Shown: positions 53,672 to 63,968, counted from the first letter of the stretch. The stretch: DNA of 64,000 nucleotides from an uncultured Candidatus Saccharibacteria bacterium (GCA_964474375.1 CAYYSG010000001.1:18559-82558), one strand, 5' to 3'. The notes: a model not told the origin generated them from the letters alone. Made by a program: numbers and translations.

Positions 53672-55229
53672 TTCTCAAATCCCAGAATTTGTGCGATATG
53701 TTTCCGAGACTTTAGAGTCTGCGGGTTTTTCGGCATATTTAGTGGGCGGGTGTGTTAGGGATTTGTTAATAGGCCGAATTCCTAAAGACTTTGATATTAC
53801 GACAAGTGCCACGCCGGAAGACATTATAAAAATATTCCCAAAGACTGTATATGAAAATGTTTTTGGGACTGTTCTCGTGGTGGATGAAGATTTGAAAGAC
53901 TACGCAGATTCTAAAAAAACAGAAGGTCCTCGGGTCAGTTCACCAGACCATTCTGTTGTTTTTAAACCTGCTTCGTCTGATTTTGGTAATAATGATAGTG
54001 TTTTTAGTGTTGAAGTTACTCCTTTTCGCAAAGAAGGCAAGTATACTGACAGGCGTCATCCTGACAATGTAGTTTTTAGTAAAGATATAAACGATGATTT
54101 GTCTCGTCGCGATTTTACTATTAACGCCATGGCCTATAGGTTAGCTACTAATGAGTTAATTGATTTGTTTAATGGTCAGCCTGACCTAGATTCAAAGACC
54201 GTGCGTACTGTGGGTGACGCCGATGAAAGATTCAATGAAGACCCACTGCGTCTAATGCGAGCGGTTAGGTTTGCTACCGAGCTTGGTTTCAGTATAGAAG
54301 CAAATTCTATGATGGCTATTGCTGAAAATTCAGAATTACTCAAACATATTTCTATCGAAAGAATACGTGACGAGTTTATAAAAATAATAAATTCAGATTC
54401 TCCAGCCAGCGGCATTGAAATGCTTCGCAGGTTTAGTCTTTTGCCTTATATAATACCTGAATTACTAGACGGTGTAGGTTGTGTTCAGGGCGGGGCACAC
54501 AAATATGATGTTTACGAGCATTTGTTACATGCACTCCAGCATGCATCTGACAAAAAGTTTAGTTTTCATATTAGACTCTCCGCACTATTTCATGACATAG
54601 GTAAGCCTAAGAGTCGTAGAGAATCTAATGATAAGAATAAAAAACAATATACTTTCTATGGTCACGAAGTCATCGGTGCCAAAATGGCCAAGAAGATAAT
54701 GGAAAGAATGAAATTCCCTAAGAACGATGTGGATTTAGTTTATAAATTTGTACGTTATCATATGTTTTTCTCTGATACCGAAGTCATAACTCTTTCACCA
54801 GTTCGTCGTATGATAGCTAACGTTGGTGTGGATCATATTTGGGAACTCATGCAAATTAGGGAATGCGACCGTGTTGGTATGGCTAAAAATGAAGCCCCGT
54901 ATCGTCTGCGTAAATACCACGCCATGATTGAACAGGCTCTGCGTGACCCAATATCCGTAAAACAACTAAAAATCAATGGTGATAGTTTAAAAGACGCTGG
55001 TATTAACCCTGGTCCCAGAATGGGCTGGATACTATTGGCACTGCTAGAAGAAGTAATCGAAGACCCATCATTAAACACCGAAGAATATTTGCTAGGCAGG
55101 GTAGCAGTGTTAAACAAACTAACCGACATAGAGTTACGCAAATTAGGTGACGAAGCCCGCAGTAAAAAAGACGAACTAGAAGAAGAAGAAGTTTCCAGAC
55201 TACATGCGAAACATAATGTAAAAAAATAA
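53658..55229 (+). CDS. cca: CCA-adding tRNA nucleotidyltransferase with HD domain
   Basis: GGCVRDLLIGRIPKDFDITTSATPE (class II nucleotidyltransferase head) and HD motif LFHDIGKP. Confidence 0.85.
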   Translation: MQINNSQIPEFVRYVSETLESAGFSAYLVGGCVRDLLIGRIPKDFDITTSATPEDIIKIFPKTVYENVFGTVLVVDEDLKDYADSKKTEGPRVSSPDHSVVFKPASSDFGNNDSVFSVEVTPFRKEGKYTDRRHPDNVVFSKDINDDLSRRDFTINAMAYRLATNELIDLFNGQPDLDSKTVRTVGDADERFNEDPLRLMRAVRFATELGFSIEANSMMAIAENSELLKHISIERIRDEFIKIINSDSPASGIEMLRRFSLLPYIIPELLDGVGCVQGGAHKYDVYEHLLHALQHASDKKFSFHIRLSALFHDIGKPKSRRESNDKNKKQYTFYGHEVIGAKMAKKIMERMKFPKNDVDLVYKFVRYHMFFSDTEVITLSPVRRMIANVGVDHIWELMQIRECDRVGMAKNEAPYRLRKYHAMIEQALRDPISVKQLKINGDSLKDAGINPGPRMGWILLALLEEVIEDPSLNTEEYLLGRVAVLNKLTDIELRKLGDEARSKKDELEEEEVSRLHAKHNVKK

Positions 55230-55273
55230 CCGGACACATTAACTGTGTCCGGTTTGTTTACATAGTAATTTTT

Positions 55274-55792
55274 TTAATAGGCGTATCCTTTCCTGTTTAG
55301 ATAGATTTCTCTCCGCATTATAGAAAGTAAATTTTCTCTTTCTTTGGATTTAATCTTAGATGTTACCCATTCTTGAATAATACTTTTGTATGGTGAAATT
55401 CGGAACACCATACAGCTTGGATTTGTGGAATCTTCGTAGTAGTAAAATCTTCCAATTTTGAAGACATCAATGTCATGAGCTTTTCTCATTTCAGACATTT
55501 TTCTCATTTCTTTAACATCACTGTCTACTACGGTTTGTAATCGTAGTTCATTAAATAATGAGTCAATGAGCTGAACATCTTCTTCAAGGTAGATTTTTTT
55601 ACGAAAGTTCTTGTTCTTTTGCAGGTTTTCGATTCCTGCGACCAGAACCCATTCATTTTTGTTGCCATTACAGGCTGGTTGGTACGTTATTTCTCGAGTG
55701 TTAGACAACTCTTCTTCTGTTAGGTGATCCTTGCTTCTTTTAAGGAATATTTCCCAAATAACGTTAATAATGATTAGTTCATTTTTTTTCAT
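55274..55792 (-). CDS. Hypothetical protein (tandem paralog A)
   Basis: 172 aa. N-terminus NVIWEIFLKRSKDHLTEEEL resembles the neighbouring ORF. Confidence 0.4.
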   Translation of the reverse strand: MKKNELIIINVIWEIFLKRSKDHLTEEELSNTREITYQPACNGNKNEWVLVAGIENLQKNKNFRKKIYLEEDVQLIDSLFNELRLQTVVDSDVKEMRKMSEMRKAHDIDVFKIGRFYYYEDSTNPSCMVFRISPYKSIIQEWVTSKIKSKERENLLSIMRREIYLNRKGYAY

Positions 55793-55885
55793 ATTTTTAT
55801 CAATTTATTTTAAATAGTACATTTTATATGGAACTTTGTCAAATCAAAAGGCTCTTCGTTTATGAAGAGCCCTTAGTATCATTGT

Positions 55886-56431
55886 TTAATTTGAAACAGC
55901 CCCGGGCTCTTCAACTAATTTTTCATTTTGTTTTATTAGATGGTGAACATTATCCACCTCGAACCCGATCAAGGGAACTTCTGGTAAATACTTTTTCCCA
56001 TCATTTTCTTTCAATCCCAAATAATGAGACTGGATTTTTTCATGGTATATTCTCAGCCACTCTAACATTACGGCAGTGCTTTGGGTAACCCGGATTTCTT
56101 CTTCTTTGTTTGTTTTTGACAGGTTTATATAAAAGCCTTCTCTGTTTTTGTAAACCCATACATACACAGGCAGTGTCTCGAATCCTTTTAGGGTGTAGAT
56201 GTTTTCGGTTCCTGATTTTTCAGGATTCTCAATGGCTTTACTAAGAATACTTCTTAGTGCTTGAGACGATTTTACCGGTTCTATTTTGTCGAACTTTTCA
56301 CTGCTTTTTGTTCTGTAGTAGACAGCATCCTTTTTGCTGTTAAACACTGCTTCTACAAGATTTTCGGTACTTGATTGTGTTAGGGCTAGTTCCCAAACAT
56401 TTTTTTCGATTGTGAGATTTTGATTTTCCAT
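55886..56431 (-). CDS. Hypothetical protein (tandem paralog B)
   Basis: 181 aa. N-terminus NVWELALTQSSTENLVEAV. Confidence 0.4.
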   Translation of the reverse strand: MENQNLTIEKNVWELALTQSSTENLVEAVFNSKKDAVYYRTKSSEKFDKIEPVKSSQALRSILSKAIENPEKSGTENIYTLKGFETLPVYVWVYKNREGFYINLSKTNKEEEIRVTQSTAVMLEWLRIYHEKIQSHYLGLKENDGKKYLPEVPLIGFEVDNVHHLIKQNEKLVEEPGAVSN

Positions 56432-56491
56432 GATATATTTTCATTTGATATTAATAATATAATACACTTTATATTCAGTTTTGTCAAATAA

Positions 56492-57262
56492 CTATTTATT
56501 CTTCATCTTGATTTCAATAGGGCAGTGGTCGGACCCTACTACATCGGTATGGGTGGTAAACCCAGTTATTAGCTTCATTGCTTTGTCGTTAGCAAAGAAA
56601 TAGTCTATTCTCCATCCGACGTTGCGAGTTCGGGATGCTGTTTTTTGGTCCCAGTAAGTATAAACATCTTTTTGATTCGGATGAAAATGACGAAACACAT
56701 CAGTAAACCCAGATTTTATGACTTTATCAATCCAAGCTCGCTCTATTGGTAGGAATCCAGTATTCGTTTCGTTTGCTTTGGGGCGAGCCAGGTCTATCTC
56801 TGTATGGGCTGTGTTTACATCGCCGCAAAATATCACCGCATAGCCGGCTTTGTTTAGCTTTTTTATCTTTTTTAAGAAGGCGTCATAAAACTTTAGTTTG
56901 TACTCCAGTCTGTGAGGACCTTGGCCACCATTTGGGAAATAACCTGTAATTAATACAGTTTTACCAAAATAAGCAAAAATAGTCCGGCCTTCGGTATTGA
57001 ACTCAGCTTCATCCATTTCGGTTACTTTGTCCGGCAGGGTTTTGGAATACATGGCTACTCCGCTATAGCCTTTTCTGGCACGGGACGACACAAAATGACA
57101 GTAATATTCACCCAATTCCCTTAAATTTTGAGGTAATTGTTCGATTTCAGCTTTTGTTTCTTGTAAAAATATAATATCCGGGGATTCATCTAGTACCCAG
57201 TCAAAATCACCTCTTTTGTGAATAGCCCTAATTCCGTTGATGTTCCACGATATAATTCGCAT
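56492..57262 (-). CDS. xth: Exodeoxyribonuclease III (AP endonuclease, EEP family)
   Basis: MRIISWNINGIRA and LQETK motifs, plus a C-terminal SDHCPI. The ORF is open to 57319; the start was chosen at MRIISWN. Confidence 0.85.
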   Translation of the reverse strand: MRIISWNINGIRAIHKRGDFDWVLDESPDIIFLQETKAEIEQLPQNLRELGEYYCHFVSSRARKGYSGVAMYSKTLPDKVTEMDEAEFNTEGRTIFAYFGKTVLITGYFPNGGQGPHRLEYKLKFYDAFLKKIKKLNKAGYAVIFCGDVNTAHTEIDLARPKANETNTGFLPIERAWIDKVIKSGFTDVFRHFHPNQKDVYTYWDQKTASRTRNVGWRIDYFFANDKAMKLITGFTTHTDVVGSDHCPIEIKMKNK

Positions 57263-57302
57263 ATATTTGTATAGTTTAACATACATAATGTATACTATAT
57301 AT

Positions 57303-58259
57303 ATGGAAACAACTAACAATCATCATCATCGTTACGCATTTCACTTGAATGCCATTGTTACTATTCTAGCTCTTGCTTTGATAGTGTTTGGGCTTTATGT
57401 GTCTGTATCTAGTCAAACAGGTGGCGACCCGTATGGATCGTATGATCCTGGTGTTGTAAATTCATCTCAATATGGTGTTCCGAATACTGGTGTCATTCCA
57501 GCTAATTATTCAGGTTATGGTTATAATACTTATAACAATACTCAAAACTTTGGTCAGCCTGTTTCTAATGCTACTGGGTCTGGGGCTTGGTGGGGTACTG
57601 GTAATGCTGACAGGACTGGTACTGGTACAAATACCGGTGGCTACGGTAATTCTGGAACTACTACCGCAGGTACTGCTACTGGTGGTAATTATTATTACAA
57701 TACAACCGGTGGTTATTATCCAGGTAGTGGGCTTATAGAATCAGGACCTAATGCTACCCAAGGTGGCTATATTAATTCGTCCGGTCAAGCTGTGTATAAT
57801 AACAATGGCTTGGTGGAAGCTGGTGCTACTCTTAATCAAGGCGGTTATGTAACTTCTTCTGGTTCTGCTACTTTTGAAAATAGATATATTAATGAATCTA
57901 TGGCAGCACCTACTCAGCAAAATACTCTTAGCTACAAACACTGTGAATTTATAACCAAATATCACAAATTCGGTGACCGTGGTGGTGATGTTCCGAAAAT
58001 CCAACAATTCTTAAAAGATCGTGGCTACTATAGTGGTCGAATTGACGGAGTATACGGCATATCTACATTCCGTGCTGTGCGATCATTCCAGCAAGACTAT
58101 AAGAAGGAAATCCTAGACCCTTGGGAATTCGATAACAAGTCAGCTACAGAAGGTACAGGTATTACTAATGTATCTACTAGGTACGCTATCAACAAACTAG
58201 TCGGTTGTCCTGACCCAGCCACAATAGTTCCTAAAACCGGCCGAGTACTAAACTACTAA
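57303..58259 (+). CDS. Membrane-anchored protein with Gly/Tyr/Asn/Thr-rich low-complexity region and C-terminal peptidoglycan-binding domain (PG_binding_1-like)
   Basis: TM helix IVTILALALIVFGLYV, low-complexity 60..215, then KIQQFLKDRGYYSGRIDGVYGISTFRAVRSFQQDY. Confidence 0.55.
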   Translation: METTNNHHHRYAFHLNAIVTILALALIVFGLYVSVSSQTGGDPYGSYDPGVVNSSQYGVPNTGVIPANYSGYGYNTYNNTQNFGQPVSNATGSGAWWGTGNADRTGTGTNTGGYGNSGTTTAGTATGGNYYYNTTGGYYPGSGLIESGPNATQGGYINSSGQAVYNNNGLVEAGATLNQGGYVTSSGSATFENRYINESMAAPTQQNTLSYKHCEFITKYHKFGDRGGDVPKIQQFLKDRGYYSGRIDGVYGISTFRAVRSFQQDYKKEILDPWEFDNKSATEGTGITNVSTRYAINKLVGCPDPATIVPKTGRVLNY

Positions 58260-58265
58260 ATTCCA

Positions 58266-58306
58266 AAATAAAAAATCCCCCTACGACATAGGGGGATTTT
58301 TTTTTA
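58266..58306. terminator. Bidirectional terminator
   Basis: aatccccct-acgacat-agggggatt hairpin flanked by an A run and T run. Confidence 0.7.
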
Positions 58307-59257
58307 TTTGCTACCTTTTGAATGGAATTTCTTATGGACGTCACGCAAATGAGCATCAGTCACATGGGTATATATTTGGGTTGTAGCAATATTCGCATGA
58401 CCGAGCATGGTTTGTACGGAACGAATGTCCGCACCGTTGGATAGTAAGTCAGTTGCAAATGAGTGACGCAGTACGTGCGGAGTAACGTGTTTCATTATTC
58501 CGGCTTTGGTAGCATAGTGTTTGATCATCCTTTGAATACTGCGCGGAGTTAAATCTTCTGCACCATTTTTACCAATAGGTTTTTTGTTCTTTGTTCCGTT
58601 TGACCTAACAGCAGTAAAAAGTCCACCACCTAAATCTTTTCTTTTTGCCAAGTATTCTTTTATGGCACTTCGGGCGTCAGGGGATATGAATACCACACGA
58701 ACTTTTTCACCTTTACCACGGATGGATATTTCATCTTTATCCAAATTAATATCTCTCGGCAAGGAACATAGTTCGGATACACGTAGCCCAGTTGAAAATA
58801 GCATTTCTAGTATGGCTTTATCGCGCAGGGATTTTTCATCTTTTTCATTTGGGGCTTCGAGGATTCTTTTTAGTTCGTCACCACTCAGGAAATCTATTTG
58901 TCTATCGCGCATTTTAGCTAAATCTATTTTGTCGCCAGCCATTGCACTAATTCCGCGCTTTCCCAAATATTTTAAAAACTGCCGAATAGCTATCAGGTAG
59001 TAATTCTGCGTGCTTTTTTTCATAGTATTACCGGCACTGCTACGTGGACCCATGCCTTTGGTTGACCCAGGTAGTCTATTTAAATATAAGCGAAATTCAC
59101 GAATCTTGTCTTCGGTAATGTCTGAAACATTTTTTAATTTACCCCAAGCTATGAATTTACCAATGTATCTATTATAGTTGTCGACTGTTTTTAGGCTGGA
59201 ACCACGTTCAATTTCCATGTGTTCCAAGAATTGTCTTAAAGCCGAATTTATTTCCAT
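58304..59257 (-). CDS. xerC: Tyrosine recombinase XerC/XerD family
   Basis: C-terminal catalytic region HVLRHSFATDLLSNGADIRSVQTMLGHANIATTQIYTHV (R..H..RH..Y). Confidence 0.85.
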   Translation of the reverse strand: MEINSALRQFLEHMEIERGSSLKTVDNYNRYIGKFIAWGKLKNVSDITEDKIREFRLYLNRLPGSTKGMGPRSSAGNTMKKSTQNYYLIAIRQFLKYLGKRGISAMAGDKIDLAKMRDRQIDFLSGDELKRILEAPNEKDEKSLRDKAILEMLFSTGLRVSELCSLPRDINLDKDEISIRGKGEKVRVVFISPDARSAIKEYLAKRKDLGGGLFTAVRSNGTKNKKPIGKNGAEDLTPRSIQRMIKHYATKAGIMKHVTPHVLRHSFATDLLSNGADIRSVQTMLGHANIATTQIYTHVTDAHLRDVHKKFHSKGSK

Positions 59258-59415
59258 CTTTCAATTATACTTTTATTCAATGCGTCGCACAATATCCTAC
59301 TAATTGCTATACTTCTTGGTGTTAGGTAAGATCCTAATTTAGGGATAAATACAACTTTAATCAAAGGTGGTCTTATACTTGCATAAAATGAATTTATGAT
59401 GTATATTATGCCAGT

Positions 59416-59781
59416 ATGTTAACACCAAAGAAAAAGCAAACTATTATCAAAAAGGCGCAAATGCATGATGGCGACACTGGTTCATCACATGTACAAGCTG
59501 CTGTTTTAGCTGAGCGCATTGAAATGCTTTCAGGTCATTTGAAAAAGCATCCAAAAGACAACCATTCACGTCGTGGTTTGATCAAGCTAGTATCAGAACG
59601 TCGCAAGCATGAAAAATATGCTGTTACGCAAAAGCCTGGTACAGGTGCTGGCACTAAGAAGCCTACTAAAAAAGCTAGTTCAAAACCAGCTCCTAAAAAG
59701 TCTGGTGCGAAAAAAGCTTCTACTAAAAAAGCTGCAGCTAAGAAATCAGCTGCTAAAAAAGCAGTTACTAAAAAGAAATAA
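59416..59781 (+). CDS. rpsO: 30S ribosomal protein S15 with Lys/Ala-rich C-terminal extension
   Basis: DTGSSHVQAAVLAERIEMLSGHLKKHPKDNHSRRGLIKLVSERRK is the S15 core, followed by a ~45-aa KKxxAKK-rich tail. Confidence 0.85.
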   Translation: MLTPKKKQTIIKKAQMHDGDTGSSHVQAAVLAERIEMLSGHLKKHPKDNHSRRGLIKLVSERRKHEKYAVTQKPGTGAGTKKPTKKASSKPAPKKSGAKKASTKKAAAKKSAAKKAVTKKK

Positions 59782-59789
59782 TTTCTAAA

Positions 59790-59827
59790 CAAAAAATCCC
59801 CTCTGATATATAAGAGGGGATTTTTTG
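59790..59827. terminator. Bidirectional terminator
   Basis: atcccctct-gatatata-agaggggat hairpin with an A run and T run. Confidence 0.7.
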
Positions 59828-60379
59828 TTATTGCTTTTTCTTCGCAACTTTTCTTTTGGATGCGCCATATGGGCCGCGCATCAAGTACTTGTTTGGGTTT
59901 TTACCTAGGTCTATGAATTTGTCGAGTCTTTCGATTAGCTTGGACGATGTAGACCGTGCAAAACATATTCCTTCGGTTGTTACGCCGTAGCGACTTTTCA
60001 GGTATTCGATTAGTGGTATAAAATCACCATCGCCTGATACTATAACCACAGCATCTACTTTTTCAGCTAGTTTGACTGCATCTATTGCTAGTCCTACATC
60101 CCAGTCGGCTTTTTTGGAGCCATCGACGAATATTTGTAAATCCTTGGTTTTGGTTTCTATGCCTACACGGGTTAGGGCTTCGAAGAATTGCTTCTCATCG
60201 CCAGCTTCGGTGGATATAACATAAGCCACAGCTTTGACTAATTGTCTTTCGCCGACGGCTTCTTTTAGTATTTCGCCAAAGTTTACTTTTCTTTTATATA
60301 AATGGCGTGCGCTATGGTATAGATTCTGCGCATCTATGAGTACGGCAACTCTTTGGTTTTTAGTTTGGATATTTATCAT
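59828..60379 (-). CDS. NYN/LabA-like (DUF88) domain protein
   Basis: VAVLIDAQNLYHSA...VIVSGDGDFIPLIEYL are the NYN motifs. Confidence 0.75.
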   Translation of the reverse strand: MINIQTKNQRVAVLIDAQNLYHSARHLYKRKVNFGEILKEAVGERQLVKAVAYVISTEAGDEKQFFEALTRVGIETKTKDLQIFVDGSKKADWDVGLAIDAVKLAEKVDAVVIVSGDGDFIPLIEYLKSRYGVTTEGICFARSTSSKLIERLDKFIDLGKNPNKYLMRGPYGASKRKVAKKKQ

Positions 60380-60512
60380 AATATGAACACATTATAGCAT
60401 TTTTGGGAATTCAGTGTTAGTTCAAATATTTTGACCATCAGGGTAATAACGGGTAATCTTTTTGTTGGTTTATAAAATATATTTGTGTATACTAAAATAA
60501 ATTTGCAGCATT

Positions 60513-60695
60513 ATGAATACAGGTAATACACAATCAAAAAGAGGTGAAGAAATAGAATCAAAAGAAAGCCTAAAACAAACCTACCCCAACGGTGACAAGG
60601 CAGAGTATAAAAAAAGTCTCAAATATGGAGTTATATCTTTTTTGTTGACTTTAGTTTTTTGGGGTTCTGTTATCTATCTAATTAGTTTAATTTAA
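60513..60695 (+). CDS. Small hydrophobic protein
   Basis: 60 aa, one C-terminal TM helix. Confidence 0.3.
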   Translation: MNTGNTQSKRGEEIESKESLKQTYPNGDKAEYKKSLKYGVISFLLTLVFWGSVIYLISLI

Positions 60696-60708
60696 ATATC
60701 TATACAAA

Positions 60709-60822
60709 ATGAATAATAAAAAAGAATTTATCTTGAGTAAAATGGGACTCCTTTTGTTGGGCTTTACTGTAATAGGTTTGTCTATTTTACTGCTTTGTAA
60801 GATTTTTGAAAATATCAAATAA
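60709..60822 (+). CDS. Candidate 37-aa hydrophobic peptide (below ORF-track cutoff)
   Basis: MNNKKEFILSKMGLLLLGFTVIGLSILLLCKIFENIK, followed by a terminator. Confidence 0.2.
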   Translation: MNNKKEFILSKMGLLLLGFTVIGLSILLLCKIFENIK

Positions 60823-60842
60823 TTTTATACTTTATTTATAAA

Positions 60843-60874
60843 GCACCGCGCAGAATTGCGCGGCTTTATTTTTG
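60843..60874 (+). terminator. Rho-independent terminator
   Basis: ccgcgca-gaat-tgcgcgg hairpin plus ctttatttttg. Confidence 0.65.
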
Positions 60875-60993
60875 TGTCCAGTGTGGTATAGTGCACATAT
60901 ACAAGTAGCGCAGTTATTTTCATAGGTAGTACTGAAAGCCAATTAGGTGTTTCAATACTAAAATGAGAATAACTGCAAAAATAAATAATAAGT

Positions 60994-63132
60994 ATGCAAG
61001 AAAGAAAATACACACTAAACATTGCTGGGCGTGAATTCGTAGCAAGTTTTAGTGATTTAGCTATGCAGGCCGGCGGGTCAGTTATGTTATCGTGCGATGA
61101 TACAGTAGTCTTAGCTACAGCGTGTATCAGTAGTAGCGACAGAAATAATCCAGGATTTTTTAACTTAACAGTTGAATACGTGGAACGTCATTATGCCGCT
61201 GGAAAAATCCTGGGTGGCCAATGGAACAAACGCGAAGGCCGTCCTAGTGACCAGTCAGTACTAGCATCTCGCGTTATTGACCGAACTATTCGTCCGCTTT
61301 TTCAGCATCATATTAAAAATGCAGTACAAGTGATTGTTACGGTTTTGGCTGTTGGTAAAATGGATCCAAAAATTCTTGCGGTTAATGCAGCATCTTTGGC
61401 TATCGCTACATCGAACATTCCTTGGAACGGGCCAGTAGGTGCAGTGTCTATTACAATACCCAAAGGTCAAAATGATTTACTTGTAAATAATTATTTGCCG
61501 ACTGTTACCGAAGCAACAAACAATCTTGATTTAGTTGTATGTGGTATGAAAAACAAAGTTTGCATGATTGAAGCTTTGTCTTTTGAACATTCAAATGATG
61601 TCATTGGTTCAGCGCTTGATTTAGCAATGGACAACATCAATAAAATCGAAAAATGGCAAAATGAAATAATCGCAAAAGAAGGCAAGGAAAAATTAGTTTT
61701 CGAAAAACCAGTTTGTCCACCCGAACTTCTGCAAATGTTCGACGAAAAAGTTTTACCTATTTTGAAGAATGATTTGTTCGGCGCAAACAGCAAAAAAACA
61801 ATAGCTGAAGCTGAAAAAGTTTTGGAAAATATAGTTTCCGAAAATTATGAGGGTGATGACAATGCTCGTAACTCAGTATGGGATCATATGCACCATACAC
61901 TTGATGCTTTGTTTCATGATGGCGCTATAGTGGAAAACCGCCGTGCAGATTTAAGAAATTTTGACGAAGTTCGCTCTCTCTTTGCTCGTGCCGGAGGTGT
62001 ATCACCAGTGTTACACGGCACAGGAATATTCTATCGTGGCGAAACACATGTGCTGTCAGTCTTAACTCTCGACGGCCCAGATGCAAGACAAGTCGTCGAC
62101 GGTATTGAAGCCAACGGTAAAAAAAGATTCATCCATCACTATAATTTTCCGCCATATTCAACTGGTGAAACAGGCCGAATGGGTGGTATGAATCGGCGTG
62201 AAATGGGTCACGGATTCTTAGCTGAAAAAGCATTAGTTCCTGTTATTCCAAGCTATGAAACATTTCCTTATACTATTCGTCTTGTTTCTGAATCAACTAG
62301 TAGTAATGGTTCCACATCCCAAGCCAGTATTTGTGCAGCAAGTATTGCAATGATGGACGGTGGTGTTCCTATATCAGCACCCGTGGCTGGTCTTGCTATG
62401 GGTCTAATGGAAGACGTAAATGACGAAAAAAATTACAAAATACTAACCGACATTCAAGGCCCCGAAGACCACTATGGTGACATGGACTTCAAAGTTGCCG
62501 GAACAAGAAAAGGTGTAACTGCAATTCAGCTGGACATCAAACTAACCGGAGTCGCGGTCAATGTATTGAAAGAAGCTTTGGTTGATGCCGAAAAAGCTCG
62601 TATAAAAATTCTGGACACAATTGAAAATGAAATCAAAGAACCAAGAAAATATTTAGCACCTAGCGCTCCACGAATTGAAATAACAAAAATTGCACCTGAA
62701 CAAATTGGTATGGTTATTGGACCGGGTGGTAAATCCATCAATGCTATGCGTGACGCAACTGGCGCTGAAATAACAATTGAAGATGATGGAACTGTTTTGA
62801 TAACTGGTCATGGTGATGGCCCTGAGCGTGCTAAAAAAATTATCGAAGACATGACTCATGTTTATAAAGTTGGAGACATAATACAGGATGCCGAAGTTAT
62901 GCGTGTCGCAGACTTTGGAGCTTTTGTAAAAATTTCTAGTTCAATGGAAGCCTTGATTCATATTTCTGAAATCGCACCGTTCCGTGTAGAAAAAGTTGAT
63001 GACTATTTAAAAGTCGGAATGAAATTCCCGGTACAAGTTATCAAAGTTGATGAAGGTAAAGTTGGGGTGTCTCTCAAAGCTTTGAATCCTGAACTTTTTC
63101 CAAAGCCTGAAATCAAGACAGATAAAAAATAA
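60994..63132 (+). CDS. pnp: Polyribonucleotide nucleotidyltransferase
   Basis: Two RNase PH domains, a KH (IGMVIGPGGKSINAM) and a C-terminal S1. 712 aa. rpsO lies upstream. Confidence 0.95.
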   Translation: MQERKYTLNIAGREFVASFSDLAMQAGGSVMLSCDDTVVLATACISSSDRNNPGFFNLTVEYVERHYAAGKILGGQWNKREGRPSDQSVLASRVIDRTIRPLFQHHIKNAVQVIVTVLAVGKMDPKILAVNAASLAIATSNIPWNGPVGAVSITIPKGQNDLLVNNYLPTVTEATNNLDLVVCGMKNKVCMIEALSFEHSNDVIGSALDLAMDNINKIEKWQNEIIAKEGKEKLVFEKPVCPPELLQMFDEKVLPILKNDLFGANSKKTIAEAEKVLENIVSENYEGDDNARNSVWDHMHHTLDALFHDGAIVENRRADLRNFDEVRSLFARAGGVSPVLHGTGIFYRGETHVLSVLTLDGPDARQVVDGIEANGKKRFIHHYNFPPYSTGETGRMGGMNRREMGHGFLAEKALVPVIPSYETFPYTIRLVSESTSSNGSTSQASICAASIAMMDGGVPISAPVAGLAMGLMEDVNDEKNYKILTDIQGPEDHYGDMDFKVAGTRKGVTAIQLDIKLTGVAVNVLKEALVDAEKARIKILDTIENEIKEPRKYLAPSAPRIEITKIAPEQIGMVIGPGGKSINAMRDATGAEITIEDDGTVLITGHGDGPERAKKIIEDMTHVYKVGDIIQDAEVMRVADFGAFVKISSSMEALIHISEIAPFRVEKVDDYLKVGMKFPVQVIKVDEGKVGVSLKALNPELFPKPEIKTDKK

Positions 63133-63146
63133 AATTAAATAAATTA

Positions 63147-63968
63147 TTGTATAATGGGTGTATGGAAAATCAGGATACACCCATTTTGCATTCTATGAAT
63201 CGTGACACTGTAACTGGCGCAAAGAAGTCAGTTGGTTCTTCGAACCTGCCGGAAGAAGAAGCCCTATTGCTAGCTAAAATGCAATCCGAAAATTCTAAAA
63301 AAAGAAAATTTAATTTCATTACCATGCTGTCACTAGCTGTGCTTGCTGTTTCTGTTAGTATGATTTTGATACCTGATAAATATTTTATTAAAAAAGACAC
63401 CGGTGTAAACGTAGCACAAACAAGTAAGAATTTTTTAAATACAAATTATTCTTATCAAATAAATAAACCAACTAGTTCTGAGCTGGAAGATTTCCGTAAT
63501 AAAAATTTTGCACAAATTACTGGTATAGCTGATATTGAAATTATCGACCAAAACAAAAAAGTATTTTTTGCCGAGCTTGCACCTTTTGTTGCCGATCGGT
63601 TCATCAGTTCAATTATTCCAGCAGTGGTTACGAATTATATTTATGGTTTTGTTGGTGTGGGTGACAGTAGTTTACCTTATTTGGTGCTAGTTACAGAAAA
63701 CCAAAATCTAGCATCTACGATCATGTCCGAATCTGAACGTACTTTGTACACTGATTTTTTGACTATAATGAAATTGCCAAATAGTACACAAAACGAATTA
63801 CTTGGTTTTGAAAATTACGACAGTGTTCGAACCCCGGTTCGATACCTGCGGGCGTTAAATGGTGACACATTGCTAGTATATGGTTTCCCTATGGACAATG
63901 TACTGCTTGTTACAAATAGTATTCCAGCTTATGAAACCATAAGGGACAGAATGCTACTAGGGTACTAG
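63147..63968 (+). CDS. Hypothetical membrane-anchored protein
   Basis: One TM helix (ITMLSLAVLAVSVSMILI), no motifs. Start codon uncertain. Confidence 0.4.
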   Translation: MYNGCMENQDTPILHSMNRDTVTGAKKSVGSSNLPEEEALLLAKMQSENSKKRKFNFITMLSLAVLAVSVSMILIPDKYFIKKDTGVNVAQTSKNFLNTNYSYQINKPTSSELEDFRNKNFAQITGIADIEIIDQNKKVFFAELAPFVADRFISSIIPAVVTNYIYGFVGVGDSSLPYLVLVTENQNLASTIMSESERTLYTDFLTIMKLPNSTQNELLGFENYDSVRTPVRYLRALNGDTLLVYGFPMDNVLLVTNSIPAYETIRDRMLLGY

